A stretch of 64,000 bases of DNA from Histomonas meleagridis 2922-C6/04-290x (lineage: Eukaryota; Protista; Parabasalia). The stretch covers positions 186,001 through 250,000 of the forward strand of contig JAANOX010000083.1 of the NCBI GenBank assembly GCA_020184695.1, written 5' to 3'. Below are positions 62,767-64,000 of this stretch, piece by piece (the first letter of the stretch is position 1; each line of letters opens with the position of its first letter). Below the pieces are notes generated by a model. It searched no databases. It was not told where the DNA came from and was given only the letters and a program-made list of their open reading frames with translations. The translations under genes and the position numbers were made by a program.

Positions 62767-64000
62767 TTATTTCCGAAAAAAAGTGATAATTATTAATATA
62801 TCAAAAGATACAATATCAGAAAGTTTAGATTTGATTACAATTCCTTGCTCTTCATTACAAGAAATAAAATCGTTATTATTTTTGATTGAGTTTTTAATAT
62901 TATTAATTAATTTACTTGGCATTTGTTTTTGAATTAATATAATATTTTTGCTTATATTAATTCTACATCCTCCACGTATTGATGGGTTTATTTCTTTTGA
63001 AATTAAAGGATATGATAAATTTAATGTAAAACTAATACCAAAAATTGGAGAATATCGATAATTATAAATTTCTTTTCTTATAAGATTATATTTATTTCGA
63101 AGGTCTTGAACAATACGATCAAATAATTGATCCTTAAGTGCATCACAATTTTTAATATTATTTTCATAATAAGTTTTTATATCATTTATTATTTTAAGAA
63201 AGTTATCACGTTCTTGAATACATTCCTTTACTGCAGGATGTTGTAATAAGTGGTATGAATTTGGATGCTGATGAACTTTTTCTATAGTTTCATTATATTC
63301 TTTTAACTTTTTATTAGCTTGATCCAAATCTTCATTTCTTTTTCTAATAAAATCATTTTTAATTTCATTAATTTTTTTCAATTCTGCTAAATCATGTGAA
63401 TAAGGATAGCTATGATTTAATACAGTTGAACGATTATTTTTAAAAACATCTATTGTCTGATGAAAAATTTGCAATATTTTAGTAATTGAATAGCTTGCAT
63501 TTACTTTAGAAAATGGTAAAAAATTATAACTTGATTGAAAATCATTAATTACTTTACACGTTAAATTTTTATAATTTTTCACATGTTGTTCAAAAATTAT
63601 TTTTAATTGATTACTTAAATTATCGAAACGTTCTGAAATAAGTTCTTCATCAGTAAAATATTTTCTTTCGATTGGAGTTAATTTTTTATGAACTTCATTT
63701 AAATAATTTAAATTGGTTAATTTTGTTATTAAATCATAAAAGTTATTTAAATCTTTATTTTCATCATTAAGTAATTGGTTATAATAATATTCAAATGTTT
63801 TATCATCAATTTGTTGTATAATTTGTTTGGTATTTAATTTAATAGGAATCTTTTTACTTTTTGGTACTGGCAAAGGTGGGAAAACTTCAGGAATTGTATC
63901 TACATATTTTTCACGATTATTTTGAAATGCCTTTGTTGTATTTGGTAAAAATCCAATATTAATTAAATTATAAACATAATGTATAGCAAATGTAATAAAG
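62767..64000 (-). CDS. Hypothetical coiled-coil-rich protein, 5' end beyond the window
   Basis: The track start at 63873 is TTG. Manual translation stays open in frame to the window edge (FITFAIHYVYNLINIGFLPNTTKAFQNNREKYVDTIPEVFPPL...). Confidence 0.75.
   Translation of the reverse strand, partial: FITFAIHYVYNLINIGFLPNTTKAFQNNREKYVDTIPEVFPPLPVPKSKKIPIKLNTKQIIQQIDDKTFEYYYNQLLNDENKDLNNFYDLITKLTNLNYLNEVHKKLTPIERKYFTDEELISERFDNLSNQLKIIFEQHVKNYKNLTCKVINDFQSSYNFLPFSKVNASYSITKILQIFHQTIDVFKNNRSTVLNHSYPYSHDLAELKKINEIKNDFIRKRNEDLDQANKKLKEYNETIEKVHQHPNSYHLLQHPAVKECIQERDNFLKIINDIKTYYENNIKNCDALKDQLFDRIVQDLRNKYNLIRKEIYNYRYSPIFGISFTLNLSYPLISKEINPSIRGGCRINISKNIILIQKQMPSKLINNIKNSIKNNNDFISCNEEQGIVIKSKLSDIVSFDILIIITFFRK

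Overview
AT-rich, gene-dense eukaryotic DNA with essentially intronless genes and the standard genetic code. The gene content (DUF3447-ankyrin protein, legumain, several Rabs, longin SNARE, adaptin, a bacterial-type CMD gene) points to a parabasalid protist (Trichomonas/Tritrichomonas/Histomonas-like); this is inferred, not proven. About 30 protein genes are present, including DNA polymerase epsilon, eIF5, CSN2-like, CTNNBL1-like, RPP30, beta-adaptin, alpha-COP, VAMP7-like and a MyTH4-RhoGAP, plus one tRNA-Gly(GCC). I found no rRNA, CRISPR array or recognisable transposase. The standout is the ankyrin gene at 20704-23495 (-). Its last ten repeats are each intact in coding terms, yet each is preceded by a 55-87 nt AT-rich insert at the same structural position (the beta-hairpin between 'IN.K[DN]' and 'TPL'). 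Eight of the ten inserts break the frame or carry a stop. The ones I tested cannot be removed as GT-AG introns, none has a CTAAC branch site, and most share a GG(A/T) motif exactly 23 nt before coding resumes. This suggests an undescribed excision, splicing or bypass system. Other oddities are an ankyrin-SecA ATPase fusion, a neurofibromin-like protein missing its RasGAP domain, a zinc-less DHEC palmitoyltransferase, a TBC pseudo-GAP and a long isolated hairpin followed by a T-tract. All family assignments come from motif recognition by eye; no searches were run.
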